The notes beneath the pieces are model-generated. The model had not been told where the DNA came from, made no database searches, and saw nothing but the letters and a program-made list of their open reading frames with translations. A DNA stretch of 64,000 nucleotides from Chlorokybus atmophyticus (Eukaryota; Plantae; Mesostigma and Chlorokybus algae). How positions within the stretch are numbered: the stretch's first letter is position 1; each line of letters opens with the position of its first letter. The position numbers were made by a program, and so were the translations under genes. Where the stretch lies: positions 69,719-133,718 of the forward strand of contig RHPI01003728.1 in assembly GCA_009103225.1 (NCBI GenBank). The letters are read 5' to 3'. Shown here one piece after another: positions 38,233-52,307 of the stretch.

Positions 38233-40519
38233 ATGGCGGCGGCGACGGCGGCGGCGGGGACATTGGTGTCGTCGGCGAGCGCACTGTCGCTTTCGCCGTC
38301 GCCGTCGCGTTTGCGGAGGGGGAGGGAGAGGGGGAGGGGGAGGCATCCGGGCTGCCTGACACGCTGTGTGGTCGTCGATGGGGGAACAGAGCGCTGGCAA
38401 GCTGGCGATGGAGGAGGAGGAGGAGGAGCGGGTGACCAAGCTGCTGGGCTTCCTGCTAATGTCGCATGCGTTAGGCTGAGGGACTGCCATGTGTACGTTG
38501 TCGGGTGAGCCATAAATAGATTTGTTTCTTTGAATTTCTCAATCTAGCGTTTCTTTGTGTGCGCAATTGCAAGCGAAGATGTTGCACATGTGCTGGATTG
38601 TCAACCCAGAGTCGTTGCTAGGATTTCCGTGTGATGGGACGAGCCCTCTCTGTATGCCATCTTACTGCCGTTGAATTGTATGCTGCGTCAATTGGCACAA
38701 GCATGCAATGGTCGTTAGAGTTCAATCAAATGCGAACACACAAATGTACAGTGTTACGGTCAAATCTGACACAGCCTGTGCAAAGCAGGTGTGTGCATGG
38801 AAGCCGCATGTCAGCTCTAGACACCGAGCGTGCGGTGCGTCACATCGCCACGGGGTCCCAACACGCGGCGCCGCTTTCCGCCATTATGCTGGAGCTATGC
38901 GCAGCGCGCTATTCGAACCTGCGTGAAGAGATGGAGAGGGACGCAAAGGTAACGCTGTTTCGCTGTCAGTGTGATTGCACTGTTTGATGTAGGCATCTGA
39001 AGATTGGTTTTGTCCATAGGGCATCACAGTCAAGAAGCCCAAGGCGAACACGTTTGCGGAGCTGCGCAAGGGTCTCGGGTTTGGTTCTGCAGTCGTTGCA
39101 AGGTCGTTACAGCTGGCTTACCGTGGCTTGCGGCGCTTCGGGCTAGAGCCAGGTATGTGCTGGTTCTCCTTACCTGTCAATCTGGCATGCATATGATGGA
39201 TGACGGCGTTCAACAGAGTGACAGCTCATGTTTGCATGCCAGGGTAAATAACTGCTGTAGGCTATCCTCATGCGCAGTGTTGTACGTGTACGTTTCTGTA
39301 AAATCTTGCATGATGATAGTCAAGCTCAGCTCAGATCAGGTTGTAGTGCCTCAGTGATGGAGTGATCTTGCAAACAGGTTTGGAGTTCAAAGTAGCTGCG
39401 CATGTAGCCCAAGAACAAGGCGTACAGATTTTGCTTGGGGATGAAGATGTGGAAACCGTAATATCGCGGTCAGTGGCCACAAGGGTTGCATGCCTTGCAT
39501 GGCTGGTTGTTTCCTAGTGTGAACATTGCTGGTGTTGAGTAGAAGCAAGCCCCTGCATATGCAGCACTGTACACTTACATTTCAGGTTGTGCAGTTCAGG
39601 CGTCTAGTTGGAGCTTTCAGCTTGCAAGAAGCTCTTCCGAATCTGGTCCAAGACTGGGCAACTGTCCGGGTGTGGACTTAATCTTCCATTTGAAAAACTA
39701 TCAAACCCGCTATTGCTACAACCACTGCTAACAGCAACACTGGCTGTTTTGTTTTGTTAATTTTGTTGGCATTGTCGCATGCCCTGATGTCGCAGCTGAT
39801 TGGCATAGCTCAAATCATGTTATGAGCTACTGTTAGTTGCTATCGTCGTGGGAAGAGATCAGCGGTTTTTGACATAACTGATTGCGAGAATAATTTGCAG
39901 AACATGTTCCTGCCAGCAGCGTCCGGTCGAGTGGATACGGCGCGGGTCATGCTAGATCAGAGGTTGCTGCGGGAGTTGCTACCACCTCTTGCTGTCGCCA
40001 CTGCGATCGTGTACGCCATCTTAGGCGGCCTGGCGGTCGGCGTGGCAGCCCTTGGAGGTATGCAACACCGTCAACCGCGCAACTGACTGCGAGCACATGT
40101 GTGACGCTGTCATTATCCTGGACATGCCACTCGGCACTTGCAGCCAAGATTTGTTGGCACGGTACTCTTAATCAATGCGCGTGCATGGGGCAGGTTTGGC
40201 CTACCTTCCAGCAGATGCGAGCACCGGCAGTGCCAGCATGGCGGCCACATGGCTCTTTGCCATTGATTCTACGCCATGGTGGTGGCTGGACGACCTCGTG
40301 GTGGCCGTTCCCGCGCTGGCGGTGTGGGCCTGTCTCCCGCACGTCGCGGCGGGGCTTGTGGGTGAGCGCAACCAAACCATGTTCGAGTGTTTGAGTAGTT
40401 ATGCCGAAGAAAGGAGCGTGGCTGGGCTGGGGGAATGCAGCGTTGTGGCGGTCGTCGGACTCCTGCACGTGAATGGCATCGCGAGGCTGTGCTTGGAGAG
40501 CGAGCGCGAGGGGAGGTAG
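38233..40519 (+). CDS. TraB-family protein with plastid-like transit peptide and internal hydrophobic segment
   Basis: HVYVVG-CVHGSRMSA..AIMLELCAARY; FGLEP-GLEFKVAAHVAQEQGVQILLGDEDVE; LVGERNQTM..VVAVVGLLHVNGI. These are the ordered TraB motifs. Stop at 40517-40519. Confidence 0.8.
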
Positions 40520-41446
40520 TTTAGCTGGCAATGAACTGTAGTCGATGATGGCGTCCACGCATGGCGTCGTGTACATAAGGGTAACAGTTGAATCGCATGG
40601 GTGGTTTGGCTCTCATGATCATGGATGGAGAAGTGGCTTTGCAATGCACTTTTTGGTCGCGGAACTTGCAGCATTGTGATGCTAAGCAAGATGGCAGTAG
40701 CTGTTCCCGGGCAGCCATGTTTCTGGACTGCATGGTGGCTTAACGTCACCATGTCCGCTGCATTTAACCGTCCGATTCATTGGAAGGTCAATACGCAGTG
40801 TGCATTGGCAACCAAGTGAATTGGTTTACAATCTGTGTCTTTACTCCAAGGGTGTGGCCAGTTAAAGTTGACAACGACACTGCTTGTTCAATTCGTTGTT
40901 AACTCTGGTAGTGTTTCTTGCTTTCTGCGCCGAGCTGCTAGCAGCGTTCTTACATGTGGAAGACTAACTAGCTGCACATGCGTGCAGGTAACAGCCGATT
41001 GGATTACCTTGCATGCATGTCTAACGGGGTAGGTAAAAGGTAGTGTCTTATTAGTAGCCAGCAGTAGGTTAGTATGTAGCCCGGTGGTGTTGTATGTGAG
41101 AATGTGGTGGTAATGGCGTACTGACTGCATGTATGTTGTGAGTGCGGTGTGCCTTGCTTGCATGAGACCCGCCTTGCATCTTTTGTACACTGCATGCAAC
41201 CAGTACCTACATCCAACATTTCTAGAGCACTGCAGCTGCAAACTTGTAACAGCACAGTCATATGTCACAGTCAATTGCCATTCATATCAACAAATGAAGA
41301 ACCTACTAGCGTTTATGTATGGGGATAACTTTAGTCTATCGGACGCAGTATGATAGTAATCTCTGTACAGTTAGGGCACGACCAGCTGGCTGCATGGTTG
41401 GTCACCATGCAGCGGTATTGATCACAATCAATGGGACGATAGCTGC

Positions 41447-43991
41447 TTACAGCAACGATAGCTTGGCCATGGTCAATGCAAGGACATGAACCCCTTGCAG
41501 TATGTGGTTGTCGCTTGCAAACTCATCAGGGCGGTGACTGATACCCTTATGACAGGGGATGAAGATCATACCTGTCGGTGCAATCCTGCATTTAACCACA
41601 CCACCATCAACAGCTGATGCAAATGTCAAGTTCCATCAACAACACCTTCACGTAACAGTCTAGCACCTGGCCATAAAGAGCGAGTCATGGTAAGCGCGCG
41701 ACACCATCTTCTTATAAGCGAGGCCAAGATCGATTGCGGCTTCCTCGGCGGCACGCACAACGGCCTCACCGCAGATGGCAGGAGGATCTTGGTTGACAAT
41801 CTGCATGGCAATGCATGACACGTGTGATGTTTGGGTAAGGTGATCACTGACACAGAGAAGTAACTTGCCTCAATCTTGTGCTGGACTTTGCGGCGTTCGG
41901 CGATGTCATGAGCGCTTGTAATAATGCTTTCTACAACGCTGTTGCGACGGTCACCATTGATGTCCCTCACATCTGCAAGTCGGTGTCACTCGGGCAATTC
42001 TCAAAGGAGTCGTGCATGCTTTTACACATGCAAAGGACTACACACCAATCTCCAGGTATGCATCGCGTGGTATGCTGTTAACAGCTCCTGGAAGAAGCTC
42101 CACCCGTCCTGCAATTCGAGACATGAATGCAGTGTACACATTGTGCATGCAAGGCTATTTACAGTGACCCCAGAGTGACTTCCCACAAGTGGTGTACAAT
42201 GTCCACATAGCAGCTCACCAGTTGTTCCTACTGTATCGTTCGATTGGGTGGCCAGCACGTGTGCTTCGACCGCCAGAGCCAGCTCAGCAGCCGCCAGACC
42301 AGCATCATTGCGATAGGGCATGAGCACCGCTCCAGCGTGGCCTCCAAAGCCATGGAACTCCACCTTCAAGCCAGCTGGCGCGGCAATGGCTGTGACAATC
42401 CCGATTGGCACATCTGCCACGGACACACATGTTTGATCATAACATATGAGCTGATGTGGGTTTCTATACTAGTGATTGTAGCCGAGACACATAAACACAA
42501 ACAATTGTCACGCATACGCGTGGACATACTTTACCACACCCTTGAACTGCTGTACGACAACTTGCATACTTCATGACCTTGGGTGTGGGTGTACCTTCCT
42601 GCTCAAGCAAGGGACCCTGTTCAATGTGTAGTTCCACAAAGGCGTCATATGCTCCGGATGGAACTTCAACGCTTCTGAGGGCCTCCTCATCATGTTGGGC
42701 GATGTGATACCCCGCATAGGTTGCCGCTTCAAAGAATGTCATGTTATCCTTGTCCAGCTTGTGCATCAAGTACTCACGAATGCTGTCCAACCCTGCCATC
42801 AAGCGGCTGCAGAGGTGCATGAAAAAGTCGGCTGAATTTACACTAACGCTTATCGGAGCAATGAGAGACAGCTTCCAAACAACAGCCAGCACCTGCCAGA
42901 ACAACCAACTCCAAAGCGCGTGGGCTCCTCTGATGTAAACATGACAACCTCCAACGACCTTCTAGGCTTGAACCCGGACCTGCAAGCACAACAAGAGCGA
43001 CGGCGAAAGTTATGAGCATGATAGGATTGTTGAACTGTTTGATATGCACATGCGCTTGCGTACAAAGACATACGCATATGCATGTGCATGTGCGCGTGCA
43101 TTTGTGGACGTGTCCGCTTGTTTGTACGTGCACGGAGGGCGTGTATATTTACCGTTTTAGAGCAGCAAGGGCTTCTATCCCTCCCAACACGCCAACAACG
43201 CCATCAAAGCGCCCAGCAAGGGGGATCGCATCTATGTGCGATCCAGTGCCTACGGCACCCAGCTCGGGCTGCTCGCCTTCCCTGCTGATTGCACAAGTAA
43301 GTATGCAACAAGCATGATAACGGACACACACGTTTTTTAGAGGAAGCTCTGTTGCTGCCACTTAGCAACGCACCAGCGTCCAAATATGTTGCCAACAGCA
43401 TCCTCCTGCACATTGAGTCCAGCTGCTTGCATGAGCTGCTTGATGTACCTGTCATGAAACGTTATGCCACAAAGTGGCAATGCTGTAACTATAAGCATGA
43501 CCATTTGCACAGTCATGCATGCACAGCGTATACAAGGAAAGGGGAGCTTACTTTCTTGCAGCAATGTCTTCGTCTGTGTAGAGCACGCGTGTTACGGACG
43601 GAGGAGGAGTTGAGGAATAGAGCGAAAGGTTCATGATCTGCGACTCAAAGCACGCTGGTTACAACAATACCCAAATAATTGTTCGTGCAACTATTAACAT
43701 AATCCAGAGTAGAGGACTGCTGCAGCACTGCATGCACTGTGAACCACAGCATGTTAGGCAATACAGCTTACTCTTTCAAAAAACATGCAAGCAATCGACG
43801 TTGCTCACCTGTTGGGCAAGGCTGCGGATGTCCACATTGACAGCTGTGGCTGTGACTTGGCTGCTACCGCCGCTCATGCCAGGGTAAGCAGCATAGCCGG
43901 GCTGCTGCTCCTTCTGCGCGTGCGCCGGCGCACAGCAGCCGAGCAGCACCAATGCAGGCAGCAAGAGCAGCAGCAAGCCCGCTTTGACCAT
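41447..43991 (-). CDS. UAH: Ureidoglycolate amidohydrolase (M20 family, purine catabolism) with signal peptide
   Basis: PSVTRVLYTDED, EDAVGNIFGRW, GSHIDAIP..FDGVVGVLG, FTSEEPTRFG, ELHIEQGPLLE, GGHAGAVLMPYRNDAGLAAAEL, IVNQDPP, SRAYHDSLFMA, MIFIPCHKGISHRPDE. Ends KLSLL*. Confidence 0.95.
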
Positions 43992-44273
43992 GCTTGCAAA
44001 CCCCACCCTCCCTCACCCACACCCACCTCGCCGCCCACTGGCTGCCTGAACAGGCGGAAGCGAGCATGTGACTGCACAGAAATAGCGTTTTGGTTTGTGT
44101 GCTGGTGCGGCGGCGAAGTGGGCGACAAGCTTGCGGGCGAAGGGAGGGAGGGGGCAGGCGTGTAATGTACATGTGACGGCGCAGCGGAGTTGCTGCTGAC
44201 TTGTACTCCGATGTAGCAAAGCCACATACACGCACATAAGCAAAGTAGTAGAAGGAGGAGTTTGGTTAGCAGC

Positions 44274-47200
44274 ATGGCTGCAGTAATGCTGCCCTACCGC
44301 CGTGTGGCTGTGCTGTTGAGCCTCTTCTGCTGCTGGTTCGTGCTGGTGGCAGCAATCAGTCATGGCGCAACAGCCGCAACCAAGCCGGTACAAGCGTTTG
44401 AACGCATGCTTGTATGCATGTGTGCTCGCTCGCTTCCTGTGTCTCTCGCATTGACTGTCACAGCGCACTAGCAAACATCAGCCGCGCTCAGTAAGACGTA
44501 CTTGGATCATGCAATAGCCACTGTGAAGCCAAGCTGCATTCTCAAAGTGCAGTAGAAATGTTGTCAGTCGCTTCTCATCCATGCACCAGCTAGGAGTGCC
44601 TACACTGCTGCCGCTGCCACGTTGCTTGATTGCTAAACAATGCCAGTGCAGTCCAACACTTGGGAACATAGCAATTCAGAAGAGAAGAGAAACATTCCTG
44701 ACTGTTCTTTCCGCAGATGGCGCGCGTGGTCCCGCTCGGCTTGGATAAAATACGCTTGACTCCAGGATCGCTATTGGAACGAGCACAGGACCTCAACCTC
44801 CAGTACGCAAACACGTTGATTGATATTCAGAAGCAGCAGCAGTCCCTACTCTCTCTTGTGTGTTGCATGGTTGCTGTCATGTTTAATGCAGAATTGTCCA
44901 ACCACTCAGCACTGACTTGCCACTCTGCTCAGGTATCTGCTCATGCTGGAACCAGACAGGTAAGATTACAAAGACAACGTACGTGGTGAAAGCCATGTCA
45001 GGTTGCCCTGTGTCAACATGTTATTTGCATCAAGCACAGGCTCGTGGCCAACTTCTATGCGATCGCAAGCTTGGAAACACCAGCGCTACCATATGGCGGA
45101 TGGGAGGCGCCAGAGTAAGCATATGGGCTTGTATGCGTGAGAGCATCACAATGATATCCTGAGCACACAAACAATAATACTCCTTTGGCATGCACACAGC
45201 TCTGAGCTGCGAGGCCATTTTGTCGGTCACTACCTCAGCGCCTCCGCCATGATGTGGCAAGCCACCGGCAATGCGACGCTGAAGAAGCAAATGGACGATG
45301 TGATACTGGAGCTTTCTTCTTTGCAATATCAGATTGATACAGGCTACCTTAGGTAGGTTTGTCAGATACTGGTACTGTGTTGCTTGTAGGCAAGCCCCAA
45401 CTCATAATCAATTGCAGTGCATTCCCGGAGGAGTTCCTGAAAAGGTTGGAGAGATTGGATAGAGTGTGGGCACCGTACTACACGTTGCACAAAATCATGG
45501 CTGGACTTGTGGACCAGTACACAGTAAGATGCTCTTGGCACAAGGTCATTGCAATGCACGCTGTGCTGTCGTGGTAAGCAGCCGTGTGTTGTGCAAGCTC
45601 AGTCATTGTTACACAGCGTGCAGGGAATGGTCAAGCCATGCGCATGGCGATGGATATGGCGCGCTATTTTTGGGTCCGAACGCAGCGCGTGATTGAAGGG
45701 TTCACCATAGCACACTGGCAAGTGTTGTGGCACAACTTGCAACTGTGCCTTATGCGTGTGTCAGCCACTGTGCCTTCATAAAATTGTTACACATTCAGGC
45801 ATCGCGTGTTGGATACAGAGTTTGGTGGCATCGCAGAAACGCTTTATGATCTGTACTCGCATTTCCCAAAGGATGAATACTTGAACCTCGCAAAGGTGTT
45901 TGCAAAGCCAAGCTTTCTTGGTCCTCTTGCCATCAAAGAAGACACGTTGACCGACATACACGCCAACACGCACCTTGCACAGGTATTCGGCTCTACAAGT
46001 ATGCAACGCGTGCAAACTACATCAAGTCCTCCTGAAGCTACTGAGCATCCACAGTTGCGCAGGTGATGAGCGCCATCAAAGCCTGTGAGGTGGTTGGCGA
46101 CCAGCAAGCGTGTGATGAGGCGCGGTTCTTCCTCAAACTGCTTACGCGCACGCGCACGTACTCCACTGGCGGCACCAACAGTGGGGAGTACTGGCATGCA
46201 CCGCACCGGTACTGACAGGCTTCCGACTGTTGTGAGCAACTCAATTGTTTTTCTATACGTGTATGCTGACACATGCTAGTCTCTGCGCTTGCAGGCTTGG
46301 AGACACTTTGACACTGGACAATCAGGTATAGCCCATGCGGTGCACATGGTGTTGTATGGCTATGTGTATCACCACTAGTTTTGCCAGGATGTAATTTGTA
46401 TGGACACTATCATGAACTATATCACAGGAGTTCTGCACGACTTATAACATGTTGAAGATTATTCGCCATCTATTTACATGGGAACCTAGTCCATGGCTGG
46501 CAGAGCTATACGAGCGGTCGTTTTGGAATGGTGTGCCAGGTAAATCACACTCGGCACTTGGCAGGAATTGGCAGCTGTTCACATGTTGGTTATGTGGACA
46601 CCCTGTTCTTTGTGTGCTCGCAGGGGACCAGAAAGAGGGCGACCCAGGAGTGATGTTGTATTATCTGCCGCTGGCAGCGGGAAGCTCAAAGGCGCATCAG
46701 CGCAATGGCGGATGGGGCACGCCTTTCGACACAATGACATGCTGTTATGGGGTAAGCATCATGCTTGTTGGTTCGTACAAGTATACGCAATCCAAAACTG
46801 AGTGCCTTTGTTTCTGATGGCTTAGACTGGAGTGGAAAGCTTCAGCAAACTGGGAGAGGCCATATACTTCCATGACACCAATGTGTCCAACATCTACGTC
46901 AACTTGTACATCGCCAGCACGGCCATACTGCCCAACAACATGAGCATCACCCTGGCAACCAATTTCCCGGAGACAGCCAACGCCACATTCACCATCAGCA
47001 CTTTGAAAACCACGCCGGTACTGCGGCCTTGCATACATGTGTGCACGTGTGTGCGTGCGTCTAACCATAAGACTTGTACCAACACATTGATGCAGGCTCG
47101 CTTGCACTTTCTGCACCCCTCATGGTCAAGGTCGTTCAAGCTGATGGTGAACGGCAAAGCGATGATGCTTGAGGATGGCGCAGAGAGAACCAACAAACAC

Positions 47201-47891
47201 AACCAGCCCGCTTATGCTAGCGTGCAGCGGGACTGGCGCGACGGCGATGTTGTTTCATTGAAACTGGAGTTTGCTTGGCGCTTTGAACAGGTTTGTGCCC
47301 ACCTTTTGAAGCACCTATGCATTGTTTTGTGGCTGTGTGCAGCAGTTGCATGTGGTACGATTGGTTGTTTTCAGGAACTGTGATTTTTGATTGTTGTGTT
47401 CGGCTACAGCATGCGCTCTCAACACCCGCGTATCTGTTGCAGATCAAAGATGACCGCGACACGTACAAAGGCTTGTGTTCCCTACTTTACGGACCCGTTG
47501 TCATGGTTGCATTAGCTGACAGAGAAGTAGACCTGGGTGCCCGGGATCAGTCAGCACGAACAAGTTGGATAACACCTGTGGAAGACAGGCCACTGAGGTA
47601 CTGTACACGTATTGTTTTTGTGTGCAGGCTTGTGTGTGACTGCGCGCGCATGCATACGTGCACACGCAAGCACATGCTGTTACCAACAAGGCAACATGTG
47701 CGCACTTGCCTCAGTCTGCCTCTGCATGTTGCAGGTTCAGTGCACTCGCAGCAAATGGCAAGAGATTCACTCTCATGCCGTTGTACCAAGTTCAAGACGA
47801 AACCTACACGGTGTACATGTGGCTGCAAGACAGCGGTGCAAGCAGCGTTGAAGCAGGCGGCAGGGACAGTGAGCAGCTTGAAGAGCTGTAG
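44274..47891 (+). CDS. Secreted GH127-type beta-L-arabinofuranosidase (DUF1680, plant type)
   Basis: Signal peptide; YGGWEAP, ELRGHFVGHYLSASA, VWAPYYTLHKIMAGL, HANTHLAQV, YSTGGTNSGEYW, EFCTTYNMLK, PGVMLYYLPL, TCCYG-TGVESFSKLG, LLYGPVVM, TLMPLYQVQDETYTVY. Stop at 47889-47891. Confidence 0.92.
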
Positions 47892-48349
47892 TCTCATGGC
47901 GGTGCAACAACTGGTCAGGTACAGAGAGGCCAGACGGGTCTTTTTGTCAATATTACCTGTAGGCCAGCATTTGAAAGAGTCATGGTGTTTTTGGTCACAC
48001 TGATGGTGCACGCTTCACCGCTTGATGGACCTGAGCTGTTAAGAGTGCCGCTGCAGACTCTTGCGCAGTTGAAGTGCTCTTTGTGCATGTAGAGTCGTTG
48101 CCTATTTATGATACCACGCGCATAATCATAAGCTCTGCTTGTATGACAAGGCACATCGTGCTGATGCCCAGCATGAGCCCATGGAGTGCACAGATGTGGC
48201 ACTCACTTCTTTTTGTCTTTGTCTCCACATTGTCCCCGATTGAACAGTTCATACGGAGATTGGCCTTCTCCATAAGATTGACGGTTATGTTGCACGTGCG
48301 TGATTCACATAACAGTGCACACACCTGCATCATAACTGTGTACACGCAC

Positions 48350-49224
48350 ATGTAAGCAACACGACTGCCTGAGACATAGCTGACAAGGCTGGCCCTAACC
48401 CCACGGCTTCAACCACATCTACCTGGCAGAAGCACCTCCAACGCACCACTACCCAACACCCCAGCTGACCCTCTCACACGCCCCACAGCCAGCTGTACTG
48501 TCAGTAGTGACCTCCTTTGCAACAGCCAGAATGCTTGACAGGTATTGAAAGGCAATGACGCCGTGTGTGGAAGGGGTAAGAACTTTGCAGCGCTGACCAA
48601 CACGTCAGTGGAAACCTTGCATGCATGCATGCCGTGTCTGCGCACTTGTGACTGTGGTATTCGTGCTCCAAAAGGTTTGGGGGCCCCAGCTGCTTCAGAC
48701 ATCATATTCAAGGCCTGAGATCCAACCTGATGCAACACGCTTGCATGTTGTCAAGAAGCTAGATTGTAACAGCATGAAGCAGCCAGCCTCGTGCTGCTAC
48801 CGCTCACACTCTGGCTCAAGTCTTTGCAGCAGATACCGCTGGAGCATGCGGACTGAACAACAACGCAGCAGCATGCGGACCAGTACTTCGAGGCATATCC
48901 AAATCCGGTGCACCCACCGAATCCAACATGTTATATGATCGTGTCACACAGCTGCATTGCCACCACGACCAGGTGTGAACAATAACCCCTATTTTTTGCC
49001 AGGTTTGCACATGCGAGCCAAGAGTGCTCATCGGTAGCACATCTGCCTGCGCTGGCGGCTGCCCGACCATGAGTCAAGTGTGCCAGGTTGTGGCTACCAA
49101 CAATCAGTTGTGCCCGGGCCTCAGACCGTTCAACCGGTTGCCAATGCGACTGGATCAATCCCTGGCGCAACACGCAGTCCACATGGCCCTGCGGGTACGC
49201 GGCATCTCCCCCTCCCCCGCTCAT
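48350..49224 (-). CDS. Hypothetical multi-exon gene, unresolved, next to a gap
   Basis: ATG at 49224 (MSGGGGDAAYPQGHVDCVLRQGLIQSHW...) and several minus-strand exon-like blocks with splice signals down to about 48350. No family recognised. Confidence 0.3.
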
Positions 49225-50319
49225 GCCCCCCTGACTTGTACTCCGANNNNNNNNNNNNNNNNNNNNNNNNNNNNNNNNNNNNNNNNNNNNNNNNNNNNNN
49301 NNNNNNNNNNNNNNNNNNNNNNNNNNNNNNNNNNNNNNNNNNNNNNNNNNNNNNNNNNNNNNNNNNNNNNNNNNNNNNNNNNNNNNNNNNNNNNNNNNNN
49401 NNNNNNNNNNNNNNNNNNNNCCACCTTTCTTCGCCCCCACCTCCTAACCTTGTTTCATAAATCCACTCATCCAACACTACATGCACATGTACAGGAACGC
49501 ACTCAGACTGAGACACTATCAGAAAAAGAACTGGAGGAAAGCTGTGGGTACTTGCTGTCTACCCTCACCATGTGTACATAACCTAAAGGACAAACAAAAC
49601 GTGGTGCATTGCGAGCGTATGCAACAATATCAGCCCCCGATGCAACCCAACTGCAACTGAAGGAGAGAAGGATGATGCCATGCAGTTGTGTCTTGCAGCC
49701 ATCGGCTATCTATTGCACAGCGACCAGCACATACTATGAGCAAGAGTCATAGGTATAATGTTCACTACAATAGTTGATGACTAGTGACACATCCATTGTC
49801 AAACTAATGTGCAAGTGCGTTGCTGCGCACTTTGGCTGCAGGCCTGCCAGATTGGACATCATAGCGCCATACTGGATAACCCTGCCTCTTGTGCTTGATT
49901 CATTGTATCAAACAGTGCCTGTCCAGTGGGCAGCACTTGCATACAGCGCAGCGTAGCTGCCGCCTACATCCGTGCAAAGCTCCCGCCTCAGGAGTGTCCT
50001 TTCGCAGCTCTCTGTTCTGGGGTGCACGGTCAAGGTCGAGTCTGGAGAAACTCCATTCAGCCTTTGAAATATATTGACGCCCACTGCAGTGAACGCGTGT
50101 GCGCAGCACGACCGCAGCCCAATCCAAGCAACAGGTGAACGGGCAATCGATAGCAGGGCTTCTAGTGAAGCTCGTCAGGTGAAGACTTGCCAACAGACGG
50201 CTCAACTCCATTAGAGCTGTTGCGGTGTGTCAAACGTATGGTCGATCTAGTGCGTGCTCTCAGGTCGAAGCAGCACCAACTCTCTGTGGGCATTGAACAT
50301 GATGCGAAGGCTGCATGGC

Positions 50320-52307
50320 CTAGTTTGACGTCATCACTTCTTTCAAAGCGTCCAGGAAGGACTGGACTGCTGCCATCCCTCGTTGCAAAGCTGTGTCTGG
50401 TTCTGGCTCGCCCAGCAGTACGCGCACACCATTTGGTGTCAACACGCGGACATGCTGGTCATTGAGAATCTCCATGATCTCTGGTTGGAAGTTGCCGCAA
50501 CCTGCGGACATGCCGACGTCCACACGAAACACCTGATCACGACACGGCATCATGTGATTGGCTGTGTCATAAGACTACAGTTTTCCCTGCCACCCGCAAT
50601 AATAACATGAGCAAACCCAACACTTGCCTGGCCATCACATGCTTCATTTACTCCACCTGGTTGCTGGATAGTGTGGCCCACCACCTGGGTCGCAAGGACA
50701 GTGAGAGCGTGCTCTACAGCAGTAACCAGTGTGCACCCATGAGTTGTGGTAGGGTGTGCGGCTCGAAACTGTGGGTGAAGTTACAGTCTTTCGTACCAGT
50801 CGCCTGGCATTGGGAACAGCTGCGAGCGACTCCTTCAGTGTGTCACACTTGCAGCGTTCTTTTCGACGCTCAGAGAAGTGTCTCGACCAGACCACTGCAC
50901 TTGAACCATGCAGGAAGCGCGGACCATAATGACCCTTTCCACCTAAAAGCCACTCGTGTGTCTCCTGCAGCAACCAAATGGTATGCACATTGGAACCGCT
51001 GCATTTGCAGCCAGCATATGTGCAGCATAGCATAAACCCTAAGCTGCAATGCCATGGCACCCAGTAATGGGGAAACACGAGCGGGACAACAACGACAGCG
51101 CAAGACAATACCTTATTGACTTTGTCAAGCCCGTAGGCCACATGGTCTGGCAGCACGCCGCCATGTGCGAAGAGTGTGCTGCCAACTTGCAACACGGTTG
51201 GTCGGTCTGCGAAGAACCGCCGCGAGAAGGGTCCACCCGCGCGCACTGCTCTGAAGCGAGCCTCCTGCTCAGGCTGGATGGATTTGGGCAACGCTCCGCT
51301 GGTGCTTGCTGTCGGTTGGTAGCCGGGACACCTGCGCTTCAAAGCTTCGCCATACGAATGCCATCTGAGCCACTGCTCAAACTCTTGACAGCCGCCTGCT
51401 GTAGCAAACCTGCACAGGTTGTATCATGTCAAGGCCAACAGTGTATTGGATGGTACTGCATTGCCTTTCAATGCCAGTGCCATGCGAGCAAGCACAAAGT
51501 GTGCGTACACATATGCAGAGCATGCTCCTGTGTTGAGTGCTGCAAAGCCAATCAGGGCAATTGCAGGTTCTGTACCTGAAGTCGCCCTCAACGTTCATAA
51601 TCTCATGGTTGCCATTCAGCACGTGGACGTCACCACCAGCGGTCCTTGCATCGGTGCGTAACCTGTCAAGCAGGTAGTTGATGGCAACTTCGTTGTCCCC
51701 TCTATCCAGTGTGTCGCCAACCTGCACACCACACTTAGAGGTTCTGGCAAAATTGATTGCTATTGTTGTCTTGCACAGTAACGAGCACAGTAACAAGTAG
51801 TATACCTGGACAAGCACAGCATCCCCGCCAGTCCATGCTGTGCTGTCCTTGCCTATCAACCCCGCTAGCCTAAGCGCTGCTTTGGTCTTCTCCAGGTCGC
51901 CATGCACATCCCCAAGAGCAACCAGTCGCTTCGCAGCTGGTAAAACTGTCAGTGGCGATTGCGGACTGTTCACACGCACAAACAGTTCAATAACGTTTCA
52001 CTCGGACGAAGAGCTACTCAATGTATGCATTTCTTATTCAATCTCATACTCGCTTAGTGCATTGACATGGTGGACTACTGCTGTATAGCTCTATGAAAGT
52101 GCTCTTGCTGTCTCAACTCAGGTACTCTTTTCCAAGGCCGATGCAATGCAGCAGCAACGGCACCGCTGTGCACAAGTGTTTCAACCTTGAAGTGGGCGAC
52201 TCCACAACAACGCCGGTTGCAGCAAAGCCAACAAACACATCCAGGAATGGCGACCAGCCGCTTGGCGTGCAGCCGGCGGCCTTCTCCTTCGCCGCTGCAG
52301 CACCCAT
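50320..52307 (-). CDS. SLP2: Shewanella-like protein phosphatase 2 (PPP metallophosphoesterase)
   Basis: SPFLDVFVGFAATGV (SLP2-type N-terminus), RLVALGDVHGD, VQ-VGDTLDRG, LNGNHEIMNVEGDFRY, FAHGGVLP, VVGHTIQ, RVDVGMSAGC. Stop at 50322-50320. Confidence 0.92.

Noticed and set aside
1-43991. FolD, D-LDH and UAH as a glyoxylate/C1 metabolic cluster
   Set aside because: The genes are far apart and interleaved with unrelated housekeeping genes; no evidence beyond chance.
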